A DNA stretch of 64,000 nt from Mobula hypostoma (taxonomy: Eukaryota). The DNA is taken from NCBI RefSeq assembly GCF_963921235.1, contig NC_086101.1, positions 9,364,001-9,428,000 on the forward strand, given 5' to 3'. Position numbers and translations under genes: made by a program. Under the pieces are notes generated by a model, which was not told the DNA's origin, made no database searches, and worked only from the letters and a program-made list of their open reading frames with translations. Positions 12,726-24,621 of this stretch are shown here, piece after piece (positions within the stretch are counted from its first letter, which is position 1; every line of letters begins with the position of its first letter).

Positions 12726-14029
12726 GCCAGCATTTTGTGTGTTGCTCTGGATTTCAGCATTTGCAGCCTGTCATGTCTCCAGACTGTCTCGGTGCCTTGT
12801 ACACACGACAATAAATTCAGCATGACTTCACTTGATATTACTTCACTTCGAGGATACCTCTCTTACATCCTCCCAGTCTTTTTGCACAGCCAAAATCCCT
12901 CACTGCCACAGATTTACTGCAGGGAGCATTCAGTCTGGGTACATACTGACTGTGTGGAAGTACCATTGCACAGGATCGGAAACCATTACAAAGGTTTGAA
13001 AACTCAGCCGGCTCCATCATGGGCACTAGCCTCCCCGCCATTATGGATATCGTCAAATGAGGCTGCCTCAGGAGTGTGGAGTCCATCATTAAAATCCTCG
13101 CCATCCAGGACAAGTCCACTGATGCCATCAGGGAAAGGTACAGGAGCCTGAAGACACACTTGATGTTTTCAGAACACTTTATTCTTTGTGCCATCAGATT
13201 TCTGAATGGACCATCAACAGTCTCACTGTTCTGCACCACATATTTATTTCCTTATTGTAACGTACAGTAAAATTATTTACTGCACTCTCCTGCTGCCACA
13301 GAACAATAAATTTCACAATATAAGTCAGTGACAATAAACCTGATTGTGATTCTAATTCTTGACCCACACTGGGAAATCCTGTCTTCCTAAAATGCAGTGA
13401 GTAGAATTGGAGTTCAGTCTCTATCGCCCAGCTGCGGAGACATTCACATTGTTTGTAATTTGCCCTGCCAGAGTTTCTGTTCACAGCTTTTGCTCTCAGC
13501 TTTGCTTCCTTGTTCACCTGTCCTCTCTTTCAGAAGAAATATGACTCACCAGTCTCCCCCACCCCCTCACACATACCGCTAATCTATTTTTCTCCTGTTC
13601 TCTGTCTCACCTAATAACTTGACATTCTAGTTGTTCATCATTACAACTTCTTGTGTGGGTTAAGTCTGGTAACACACAACAGTAATTCTATCCCATTGCC
13701 TTCTCATTCTGAAACTTGACTTCCTTCAGAACCTGTTGACCTAAATCTGCTCTTCACGTTTTGACAGCCCGTTTCAAGTCAGCTGCTGAACACGTTTCTT
13801 TTCAAAGTGTTTTACTGTTGTACTCCAGGGATGATCGGTTCCCTCGCCTGGCCCATTTTGTCTGTCATCCTTCACTCCTGGGTCGGGTGGCTTGACGATC
13901 AGCTTAGCGGGGGAAACTCTGGGACGATGATATTGCCAAGAATTTGAAGTCTTGTCCAATCCAGAGGGGGTAAGGAAGGCAGTTGTCCTCCCTGAACAAC
14001 GTTTGTGAATGTAAATTGGCTTTTCTTGT

Positions 14030-14315
14030 CACATTGAAACATACAGTGAATTGGGCTGTTTGTGTCAATCACCAACACATTCTGTGTGCTCAGGCCAAGA
14101 GTCACCACAATTCTGGCACCAAGATAGCACGCCCACAACTTACTGACCCTAACCCACACATCTTTGGAGTGTGGGAGGAAACCAGAGCATCCAGAGGAAA
14201 CACACACAGTCACAGGAAGAATCTACAAACTCCTTACAGACAGCAGCGGGAATTGACCCCGGGCCACTGGCTCTGTAATAGCGTTACACTTACTGCTGGG
14301 CTACCGTGACACCCG
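14030..14315 (-). mobile_element. tRNA-derived SINE
   Basis: Minus strand shows a tRNA-like head (cacggtagc...ggggtcaattccc) and the gctgtctgtaaggagtttgta...gtttcctc...ggtttcctcccacac core. Shorter relatives at ~3925-4065 (-) and ~55195-55325 (+). Confidence 0.7.
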
Positions 14316-15629
14316 AATTGGGTGGGTTTTCACAACAATCCTGTAAAAATGCCACCATCAGCGATGCTAGTATTTACTTAAGGCTAGGTTTAGTTGATAT
14401 TACATCCTTAGTCAATAGTGAAAAGGTTCGAGCTCTTGTGTCAGGTTTAACTGGCCAAATATCTTTTTCCCAGGACTGGAGACTGAAGGACTAATTGGTA
14501 TGAAGTGAGTTAACAGGAATCTGAGGCCAATGTTTTCACCTGGAGAGTGGTCAGCATAAGTCATAGGAAGTATTTCCCAGGGCAGCAATGGCTAATACCA
14601 GGGGGCATCATTTTCAGGAGAATGGAGGAAGGTCTGGGGGGTTGTCAGAGGTAGATTACTACACAGAGGTTGGTGGGCACGCAGAACGCTCTGGAAGAGT
14701 GGTGATAGAGGCAGATACTTTTGTGGCATTGAAGATACTCAGACAAGCACGTGGATGAAAGAAAAGTGGAGAGCTATGTGGAAGGGAAGGGTTATGTTTA
14801 TCATAGAGCAGGTTAAAATGTCAGCACTGCATCATTAGTCGAAGAGTCTGTACGGTGTTGTATTTATGGAGAGGAATGAAGAGTCGATATTTTGGGCCGA
14901 GACCCTTCGTCAGTATTTCAGATTATCGCATCCTGATGGATGGTCTCGACCTGAGAAGCTGACTCTTCATTTGTCTCCATAGATGCTGCCTGACTTGCTG
15001 AGTTCCTCCGTCATTTTGTGAGTTTTACTCTGGATTTCCAGTATCTGCAGAATCTTGTGTGTTCATACATAACAAGCTGAAAACTACCAAAATGGCTCTT
15101 TTGTTTGGTGTTGTTTCTGTGATTAACATTGGCCAGGATGTTGGGGATGGCCCTGTATTGTCCTCAATACCAGTACTCAAAGTTCAGTAAAATTCATTGT
15201 CAAAGTACCTATTTGTTACCGTGTACTACCTTGAAATTCTTTTTCATGCCGGCATTTACAGGGCAATAAAGAAAGCAATAGAATTTATGAAAACTGTACA
15301 TAAACAGAGACTGACAATGAATCAATGTGCAAAAGAAGATAAATTGTTCAAATAAAGAAAAATATACTGAGAACATTACTTGCAAAGAGTTGTTGAAGGT
15401 GAGTCTGTAGGTTGTGGGATCGGTTCAGAGTTGTGGTGAGTGAGTTATCCACACCGGTTCAAGAGCCTGATGGTTGTAGGGTAACAGCTGTCCATGAACC
15501 TGGCGGTGTGGGACCTAAGGGTTCTGTATGTCCTGCTCGATGGGAGTGGAGAGAAGAGAGCATGGTGTGGATGGTTGGAGTCCTTGATGACGGTCGCTGC
15601 TATCTTGTGGCCAGGCTCCATGTAAATCG

Positions 15630-17610
15630 GCTCATCGCTGAGGATTAGAAAATTTGCAGACGATAGCAAGATTGGGGGTGTAGTGGATAGCAAGGGAGAC
15701 TATCAGAGCTTGCTGTGGGATCTGGTCCAGCTGAAAACTGGAAAATGGCAGATGGAATTTAATGTGGACAATTGCAAGATGTTGCACTTTGGTAGGACCT
15801 ACCTGAGTGAGGAGTGCAGTAGAACAAAGAGATCTGGGAATACGGTCCAACATTCATTGAAAGTGGTGTCTCAGGTTGATCGGATGGTAAGGAAAGCTTT
15901 AGAGACATTGGCCTTCATAAACCAAAGTATAGATTATAAGAGATGGGATGTTATGTTGAAGTTGTATCAGATGTTTAACGAGGCCTAATTTGGAGTATTG
16001 TGTGCAGTTTTTCCTACAGGAAAGGTGTAAATAAGGTTGAAAGGGTACAGAAAAAATTGACAAGGATATCGCTGGGACTGGAGACCCCAAGTTATAAGGA
16101 AAGGTTGAAAGACTTTATTCCGTGGAATGTAGAAGATTGAGGGGAAATTTGATAGAGGTATACAGAAGCCTGAGTGGTATAGATAGGGTAAATGCAAGCA
16201 GGTTTTTTCCACTTTGGTTGGGTGGGATTACAACAAGGTCACTGGTAAGGGTGAAAGGTGGAAAGTTTAAGGGGAACATGAGGGGACACTTCTTCACTCA
16301 GGTTGTGAGAGTGTGGAACGAGCTGCCAGCGCAAGAGGTGCAAGCGAGCTCGATTTCAGGGTTTCAGGGAAGTTTGGATAGGTACGTGGATGGCAGGCGT
16401 ATGGAGGGCTGTGGTCCTGGTGCAGGGCAATAGGAGAAGCCATTTTGAATTCTCTCCACTCTTGGACTGTATTCTTTGGAGTTTAGAAGAATGAGGGGAG
16501 ACCTCATAGAAACATTTCAAATGTTGAAAGGCATGGACAGAGTGGATGTGGCAAAGTTGTTTCCCATGTTGGGGAAGTCTAGTCCGAGAGGGCATGACTT
16601 AAGGATTGAAAGGCGCCCATTCAGAACAGAAATGCGAAGAAATTTTTTTAACCAGAGGATGGTGAATCTATGGAATTTGTTGCCACGGGCAGCAGTGGAG
16701 GCCAAGTCATTGGGTGTATTTAAGGCAGAGATTGATAGGTATCTGAGTAGCCAGGGCATCAAAGGTTATGGTGAGAAGGCGGGGGAGTGGGACTAAATGG
16801 GAGAATGGATCAGCTCATGATAAAATGGCGGAGCAGACTCAATGGGCTGAATGGCTGACTTCTGCTCCTTTGTCTTATGGTCTTCTGGTCACATCTAAAT
16901 AGCAGTCTTCCCGAAATTTCCTCAAAGAATTGCAGTAGGTTTGTCAGGCAGGATTTTCCTTTCAGGAAACGATGCTGGTTTTGGCCTACTTTGTCATGTG
17001 CCTCCAGGTACTCCGTAAACTCATTCCTAACAATCGATTCCATCAACTTCCCAACCACTGATGTCAGGCTAACAGGCCTAGTTTCCCCTCTGCTGCCTCC
17101 CACCCTTCTTAAATAGCGGCGTAACATTTCCAATTTTGCAGTCATCGGGTACAATGGCAGAATCTATCTATTATTGAAAGAGCATTGTTAATGCCTCCGC
17201 ATTCTCTCCAGCTACTTCCTTCAGAACCCGAGGGTGCATTCCATCAGGTCCAGGAGATTTATTCACCCTCAGACCATTAAGCTTTCTGAGCACCTTCTGA
17301 GTCGTAATTTTCACTGCACAAACTTCACTTCCGTGACGCTCTTGAATGTTCGGTATACTGCAGATGTTGTCTTCCACTGTGAAGACTGTTGCAATATATG
17401 CATTCAGTTCCTCTGCCATCTCTGCATTTCTCATTACAGTATCTCCAGCGTCATTTTGTATTGTTCCTATATCTACCCTTGACTCTCTTTTACCCTTTAT
17501 ATACTTTAAAAAAGCTTTTAGTATCTTCTTTGATATTGGTCGACTGCTTCCTCTCAAAATGCATCTTTTCCTTCTGACAGTCCTTATTTTTCCTTCTGCA
17601 AGTTTTTAAA
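15630..17610. mobile_element. Cluster of CR1 fragments: + 15630-16430, + 16458-16882 (same subfamily as 24622-29028), - 16885-17610
   Basis: KFADD, RRLRGNLIEVY, RRMRGDLIETF, SPGPDGMHPRVLKE and RPVSLTSVVGK motifs. gtcttatggtctt tail at 16882. Confidence 0.8.
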
Positions 17611-18814
17611 ACACTTTGACCCACTACCGTCAGTAATAGGTACAGGAGCAACAGGACGAGGACGGCCAGACTGGGTGACAGCCACTTCCCTCAGGCTGTG
17701 AGACTAATGAATACCCTGTCACCACCAAGGTCTTGTCACTGGGACAACAAGCCATTTGCTGTTCACCTGTGCTGTGGTTTATTGCATGCATTTTAAATTA
17801 GATTTTATAAACTTCATTGTAATATAATATTTTGGTTCATGTGCTGTGTGTGACAATTGTTTTGTGGATGCAGCATGGTCTGGAAGAGTGTTATTTTGTT
17901 TGGTTGTATAGGTGTAAAGTCAGCTGATATGAAACTTGAACTTGAAATTGAAGGGAAATCCCAGACTTCTCTGGTCCCCTGAGGAGGAAGAGGCCCTGGG
18001 GCACTTTCTTGGCCGTATTCCCTGAACCACAAATACCTTCTACTGATTTCATTCGGTTACAGAAGTTTTCTCAAGCTTGCTTCACCGTCTCTGGGGACTG
18101 AAATCTGGTTACTGTAAATGCCTGCAAGAAAATGAATGTCAGGGTGATGAAAATGTACTTTGGTAATAGTTTTGCTTTGAACTGAGCTCCTCCAGCATGT
18201 TGTGTGTGTTGTCAGGATTTTCAGCATCTGCAAGATCTCAAGTACAATAAGACCATGAGGCACGGGCACAGAATGAGGCCATTCAGTCCATCGAGTCTGG
18301 TCTGCCTTTCGATGCTGATCCAGAAGAAGGAAGCTGCAAGTCCTCAGGCCACAAAGCCCTACAGAGGATAGTAAAGACTGCCAAGAGGATCACTGGGGTC
18401 TCCCCCTGCCCCCGGGTTGTTACATTTACCGGGAGGGTTGAATAGAAAGGGACCAAAGCATTGTTGAGGAACACCACCACCACAATCTCTTCGACCCACG
18501 ACCACCAGGAAGAAGATGCAGGAGCATGAGGATAGAAATGCCAGACGGGTAACAATTTCTACCCTCAGGCTGTGAGACTAATGACTACCCTGCCACCACT
18601 AAGGTCTTGTCACTAGGACAGCGAGCTGTTCAGTATTTACCTGTGCTCCACACTTGATATGCATTTTGAATGATAGTTTATTATCTTATTTGTGGTAATA
18701 TTTTGTTTTATGCGATGTGTGTGATATATGTGTTGTGGGTGCTCCATGGTCTGGAAGAACATTGATTCGTTTGTGTTTATGAACAGTCAGATGACAGTAA
18801 ACTTGAACTTGAGC

Positions 18815-19322
18815 TTGATCATGGCCGATGTACTTTCCATCTCAACCCCCGTCCTTCTGCCTTCTCCCAGTAAACTTGACAAGCTTGTTAACCTATTACC
18901 CTCCGCTCAAAATACACCCAACGGCTTGGCCTCCATAGGCATCAGTACCAATGGATTCCACTGATTCACCATCCTCTCCTAAACACATCCCTCCTCATCT
19001 CTGTTGTAAACGGATATCCTTTTATTCTGAGGCTGTGCCCTCTGGTCATAGACTCTCCCACTACAGGAAACATCCTGATGACGTTCACTGCACCTCGGCC
19101 TTTCAGTATTTGATAGGTTTCATTGGGATTCCCCTCCCCGCTCCATTCCTCTGAAGCCAGCAAGTAGATAACCTCTTCAGATATTAACGCCTTCATACCC
19201 TGCATCATTCTGATGAACCTCCTCTGGACCAACTCCAACACCAGTAGATCCTTTCTAAGATATGGCACCTAAAATTGCTCCCAATACGCCAAATGTGGCC
19301 CGACCGATGACTTATAAAGGTT
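18815..19322 (-). mobile_element. CR1 3' fragment abutting the Gypsy 5' LTR
   Basis: PYLRKDLLVLELVQRRFIRM...TRGHSLRIKGYPF. Confidence 0.7.
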
Positions 19323-19596
19323 TGCGGCGACCCACTTTTTAGCACACACGAACCGGCATGCGCCGACAGAGAGGTCGGCCCCAAAAGGGCGCCAGGCCAT
19401 CTTCACCATCGGGGGAAAAACCCGCGCGCGGGAAGGCTCTGGGAATATGCATTCCCCACAGCAGTCCCGCCCGGGGAGGGCGGGAACGGGAAGGCTTTAA
19501 AGGAGGCCGCGAAGTTTGAATAAATCTCTTTTATCGCAACTACAACTCACCGACTATGTGTTGTTATTCAAGCGCTAAGTGTAGCACATCGCTACA
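19323..19596 (+). repeat. Gypsy 5' LTR (274 bp)
   Basis: TGCGGCGACCCAC...GCTACA. Direct repeat of 23410-23696, with TTTAAA and AATAAA inside. Confidence 0.92.
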
Positions 19597-19598
19597 AT

Positions 19599-19612
19599 TG
19601 GTGACCCCGACG
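19599..19612 (+). other. Primer binding site complementary to the tRNA-Trp 3' end
   Basis: TGGTGACCCCGACG, 2 nt after the 5' LTR. It is the reverse complement of the vertebrate tRNA-Trp(CCA) 3' end ...CGUCGGGGUCACCA. Confidence 0.85.
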
Positions 19613-19636
19613 GCCCAAACGATATTTGGACCAGAG

Positions 19637-20340
19637 ATGACCGACGCCGCATTTGTTCATGCAGTTTCGTTAAAACTGCCAAGCTTCTGGACGCTGCGAC
19701 TACGCCTATGGTTCGAAAAAGCAGAAGCCCAATTCCACATTCGGCAGATAACCTCGGAGTTCACTCGCTACTACTACGTGCTGAGCTCCCTCGACCAGGA
19801 GACTGCTGCACAAGTTGAGGAGTTTATACAGTCGCCCCCGGAGGACGGCAAATACACAGCATTCAAAACCCTGCTCATAAGGACTTTCGGACTCTCACGG
19901 CACGAACGAGCACGCCGCTTAATGAACCTGGATGGTTTGGGAGACAGGCCGCCGTTAGCATTAATGAACGAGATGCTGGCCCTGGCTGAAGGACACAAAC
20001 CCTGCCTCATGTTTGAGCAGGCGTTCCTAGAGCAACTGCCCGAAGACATAAGCCTGCTGCTGTCCGATGCAGATTTCAGCGACCCCCGGGAGGGGGCGGC
20101 CCGAGCAGATGTGCTGTGGAATGTCAGGAAAGAGAGAGGGGCGTCGTTGCACAGATCACCAAGCCGCATGCCCAACGACAGACCAGACCAGGCTCGGCAG
20201 CAGAGCCTACAAAACCCGGCGACGGGAGTGAGGAGCCCAACGAACAATGGTGCTTCTACCACCAGCGGTGGGGCACAAAGGCCCGCCGCTGTAGACCGCC
20301 CTGCAAATTCCCGGGAAACGCCAGGGCCAGCCGCCGCTGA
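19637..20340 (+). pseudogene. gag: Gypsy gag, frameshifted near 20140
   Basis: MTDAAFVHAVSLKLPSFW...WFEKAEAQF...; the C-terminal WCFYHQRWGTKARRCRPPCKF lies in a different frame (ORF 20116-20340). Confidence 0.85.
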
Positions 20341-23300
20341 GGGCTACAGCGGCTGGCCATCATTACAGCCTCCTGTATGTCTGGGACAAGCAGTCGGGAC
20401 GCCGGTTTTGGTTCGACACCGGAGAGGAGTTCAGCGTTTTACCTCCAACGAGTTACGACACCCGCAACAGAGAACCGGGACCCACCCTGAGGACCGCAAA
20501 TGGCAGCAAAATACAGACGTACGGCACCCGCACGGTGCGGCTACAGTTCAGCTCCAGCCGGTTCACGTGGGACTTCACACTGGCCTCCGTGGCCCAACCA
20601 CTCCTGGGGGGCGGATTTTCTGCGAGCTCACAGCCTACTGGTCGACCTGCAAGGGAAGCGATTAGTCCACGCCAAGACATTTCAAACGTTCTCCCTGGGT
20701 GAAGCCAATTTGCCAGCCCTACACCTGGTCTCCATCCCGCTGTCCGACGACGAATTCACCATGGTCCTGGCGGATTTCCCATCAGTTCTGACACCACAGT
20801 TCACGGCAGCCATGCCCAGACACGGAGTACAGCACCACATCCCGACCCAGGGACCACCCCTCCACGCCCGTGCTCGAAGGCTTCCCCCGGACAAGCTCCG
20901 ACTGGCGAAGGAGGAGTTCAGAAAGATGGAGGAATTGGGGATCTTACGACTGTCCGACAGTCCGTGGGCCTCCCCGCTGCACATGGTGCCCAAGACAACG
21001 GGGGGCTGGAGACCATGCGGCGACTACTGCAGACTGAATGAGGCTACAACGCCAGACCGCTATCTTTTGCCGCACATTAAAGACTTTGCTGCAAATCTGC
21101 ACGGCGCAAGGATCTTTTCCAAGGTAGACCACGTCCCGGGGGACCATCAAATCCCTGTACATCCGGACGACATCCCCAAAACAGCACTCATCACCCCGTT
21201 CGGACTTTTCCAATTCCTCCGAATGCCGTTTGGTCTAAAGAATGCCGCACAGACTTTCCAGCGGCTAATGGACGCGGTGGGACGCGACCTAGACTTTGCA
21301 TTCATCTATTTGGACGACATCCTCATAGCCAGCAGTAGTCGTCAGGAACATCTGTTCCACCTCCGCCAGCTCTACGCCCGACTGAGCGAATTCGGTATTA
21401 CAATCAACCCGGCCAAATGTCAGTTCGGACTCGACACCATCGACTCCCTGGGCCACAGGATTACTAAAGACGGGGCAACCTCTCTGCCCGCCAAGGTAGA
21501 CGCGGTCCGCCACTTCCCCCGACCCAACACAATCAAAGGCCTGCAGGAATTCGTGGGTATGGTGAATTTCTACCACTGTTTCCTCCCCTCAGCAGCCCGA
21601 ATCATACGCCCCCTGTTCAGTCTAATGTCGGGTAAGGGCAAGGACATTACCTGGGACGAAGAGGCCGCAGCCGCTTTCGTTAAAACCAAAGAAGCCTTGG
21701 CAAACGCCGCGATGCTAGTGCACCCCAGAACCGACGTTCCTACTGCCCTCACGGTGGACGCATCCAACACAGCAGTCGGTGGAGTGCTGGAACAACTCAT
21801 CGAGGGTCTCTGGCAACCCCTGGCGTTCTTCAGCAAACACATACGACCACCCGAAGTCAAATACAGTGTTTTCGACCGGGAGCTATTGGCACTATACCTG
21901 GCAATCCGGCATTTCAGGTACTTCTTAGAAGGTAGGCCTTCCATCGCGTTCACGGACCACAAACCGCTTACCTTTGCGTTCACGAAGGTGTCCGACCCCT
22001 GGTCGTCCCGCCAGCAGCGACATCTGTCCTACATCTCCGAGTACACGACGGACATCCGGCATGTCTCTGGAAAGGACAACTTTGTGGAGGACGCACTATC
22101 CAGACCTACCATACAGGCCCTGTCCCAGGGGGTGGACTATGCAGCGCTGGCAGAGGCACAGCAGGCAGATGATGAGATCCCCAGTTACAGGACTGCAGTC
22201 TCCGGTTTGCAGCTCCAAGACCTCCCCGTAGGCCCAGGTGAGAGGACCCTACCGTGTGACGTAGCTACTGGCCAACCCCACCCCGTCGTCCCAGCAGCCT
22301 GGTGGCGGCGAGTTTTCGAGTCCATTCACAACTTTGCGCACCCCTCCATCAGGACAACCGTCCGGCTGGTCTCCAACAGGTTCGTGTGGCATGGGCTTCG
22401 TAAACAGGTCAATGAATGGGTCAAAACGTGCATGCAGTGCCAAACGGCCAAGGAGCAGCGGCACACCAAGGCTCCCCCGCAGCAGTTCGAACCCACCGGC
22501 CGGAGGTTCCACCACACTCATGTGGATATCGTGGGGCCCCTGCCAGTGTCACGAGGAGCGCGGTACCTCCTAACTATGATAGACCGGTTCACCAGATGGC
22601 CAGAGGCGGTACCGCTCACCGACACCACCTCCGATTCCTGCGCCCGAGAACTGATCGCAACCTGGGTAGCACGCTTTGGGGTACCGGCCCACATTACCTC
22701 CGACAGGGGCGCCCAGTTCACCTCCAGCCGGTGGTCAGCTATGGCCAACCTTTTAGGATCGCAGCTACAATACACAACTGCCCATCACCCACAGTCGTAC
22801 GGACTAGTGGAGCATTTCCACCGTCACCTGAAGTCGGCTTTCTTGGCCTGCCTGGAGGGGCCTAACTAGGTGGACGAGCTTCCCTGGGTCCTGCTCAGAA
22901 TTCGCACGGCGCCCAAGGAAGATCTGCACACCTCGTCGGCCGAGTTGGTGTACGGCGCACCCCTGGTAGTCGCGGGAGAGTTCATACTGGCCCCAAGGGG
23001 GCAAGAGGAGGAACCCGCAGCAGTTCTGGACAGACTACGTGAGAGGCTCAGTAACCTGGCCCCCATACCCACTTCACAGCACGGACAGAGCCCGACCTGC
23101 GTACCCAAAGACCTGCAGAACTGTAAGTTTCTTTTTGTACGACGGGGCGGACACCGGGAACCGCTACAGTGGCCCTACGAGGGGCCGTTTAAGGTGATCA
23201 GGAACTACGGGTCCACGTTCGTGCTGGACATTGGGGGGAGAGAGGAGGTTTTCATAGTAGACCGACTCAAACCGGCCCATGTGGACTTGGCGCAGCCGGT

Positions 23301-23400
23301 CCGGGCTCAGGCACCGCGGCGCAGAGGCAGACCTCCCAAACAGAGGCCGATCCAGACTGTGGACACCGGGGGATGTATCGCCGGTTCTGGGGGGGGGGGG
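20313..23400 (+). pseudogene. pol: Gypsy pol (PR-RT-RH-IN) with a 1-nt insertion at ~20610 and a premature TAG at 22867
   Basis: The -1 frame relative to the gag end reads LLYVWDKQSGRRFWFDTGEEFSVLP...LRTANGSKIQTYG...PLLG. After an extra G it continues in ORF 20500-22869. TAG (probably from TGG, Trp) is followed in frame by DELPWVLL...YEGPFKV. Confidence 0.9.
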
Positions 23401-23409
23401 GAGGGGTTA

Positions 23410-23696
23410 TGTGGTGACCCACTTTCCAGCGCACTCGAACCGGCTCACAAAACGGCGCACGCCGGCAGAGAGGCCGGCCCCAAAAAGGGCGCCAGGCCAT
23501 CTTCACCAGCAGGGGGAATACCCGCGCGCGGGAAAGGTCTGCGATTATGCATTCCCCATAGCAGCCCCGCCCGGGGAGGGCGGGAACGGGAAGGCTTTAA
23601 AGGAGGCTGCGAAGTCTGAATAAACCTCTTTTTTCGCAACTACAACTCACCGACTACGTGTCGTTACTCTAGCGCTGTGTGTAGCACACTGCTACA
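23410..23696 (+). repeat. Gypsy 3' LTR (287 bp)
   Basis: TGTGGTGACCCAC...GCTACA, immediately preceded by a G-rich polypurine tract (23389-23406). Confidence 0.92.
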
Positions 23697-24621
23697 ATGC
23701 CTTCCATAAATGCGTGGCCGAAGCATTGGAGCAGGGAGCAGGGATTGAGATTTTTGGATCATTGGGACCTGTCCTGGGGCAGGTGTGACCTGCACAATAA
23801 GGACAGGTGGCCCTTGAATCCGCAGATGACCGATATGCGGGTGGGGAGGTTTGCTGATGCTATTGGGGAGGGTTTAAACTAGATTTGCAGGCGGGTGGGA
23901 ACCGAAGTGAAGAGGCAGACGTTGGGGAGGTTGGAGCACAAGGAGAGACAGCTTGTAGGGAGTTTGTGAAGAGAGGCTGTACTTAATCTGGTATTGGGAA
24001 AGGAACCTGGTCAGATGTCAGATCTCTTGGACAGCATTTTGGAGGTAGTGACCACAACTCTATCTCCTTCACCACAGCGCTGGAGAGGGATAAGAACAGA
24101 CAATTTGGGAAAACATTTAATTGGTGAAGGGAGAAATATGATGCTATTAGGCAGGAACTTGTGAGCATCCATTTGGAGCAGATGTTCTCAGGGAAACGAA
24201 CGGCAGAAAAGTAGCAAATGTTCAGGTAACATTTGTATAGAGTTCTGCATAGGTATGTTCCATTGAGGCAGGGAAAGGATGGCAGGGTTAAAGAACCATG
24301 GTGTACAAAGGATGCAGAAAATCTAGTTAAGAAGAAAGGAAAAGCTTGTGAAAGGTTCAAGAAACTAGGTACTGTTAGAGCTCTAGGAAATTACAAATTT
24401 GCTAGGAAGGAGCTTAAGAATGGAATTAGGAGAGCCAGAAAGCACCACGAGAAGGCCTTGGTGAGCAGGATTAAGGAAACCCCCAAGGCATTCTAGAAGT
24501 ATGTGAAGAGCAAGAGAATGAGCCATGTGAGAATAGGACCAATCAGGTGCGATACTGGAAACATGTGCATGGGGTCAGAGAAGGTAGCAGAGGTATTAAT
24601 GAATACTTTGCTTCAGTATTC
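23697..24621 (+). mobile_element. Older CR1 fragment (end of ORF1, part of ORF2); host of the 24622-29028 insertion
   Basis: NAWPKHWSREQGLRFLDHWD...GEGLN (esterase end), then ...KETPKAF...LMNEYFASVF-like ORF2 sequence. It resumes at 29029. Confidence 0.8.

Larger units (their letters stand above)
19323..23696 (+). mobile_element. Ty3/Gypsy LTR retrotransposon, full structure but degenerate
   Basis: TG...CA LTRs, PBS, gag, protease (DTG), RT (YLDD), RNase H (TVDASN...DRELLA...TDHKPL...DALSR), integrase (H-H-C-C, D-D-E, GPF motif) and PPT. The PR-RT-RH-IN order is the Gypsy order. Confidence 0.96.

Noticed and set aside
17620..18815. Two similar ~320-bp segments (17620-17950 and 18500-18815) as LTRs
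   Set aside because: They have no TG...CA ends, PBS or PPT. Both end in (ACTTGA)n tails typical of LINE 3' ends.
19556..20665. 369-aa ORF as an intact Gag or a domesticated gag gene
   Set aside because: It begins inside the LTR and leaves the Gag frame near 20140. The real Gag C-terminus is in another frame, and pol carries lesions.
22870..23619. Separate env-like third ORF in the Gypsy element
   Set aside because: It is the in-frame integrase C-terminus after a premature TAG, reading on into the 3' LTR. It has no signal peptide or transmembrane segment.
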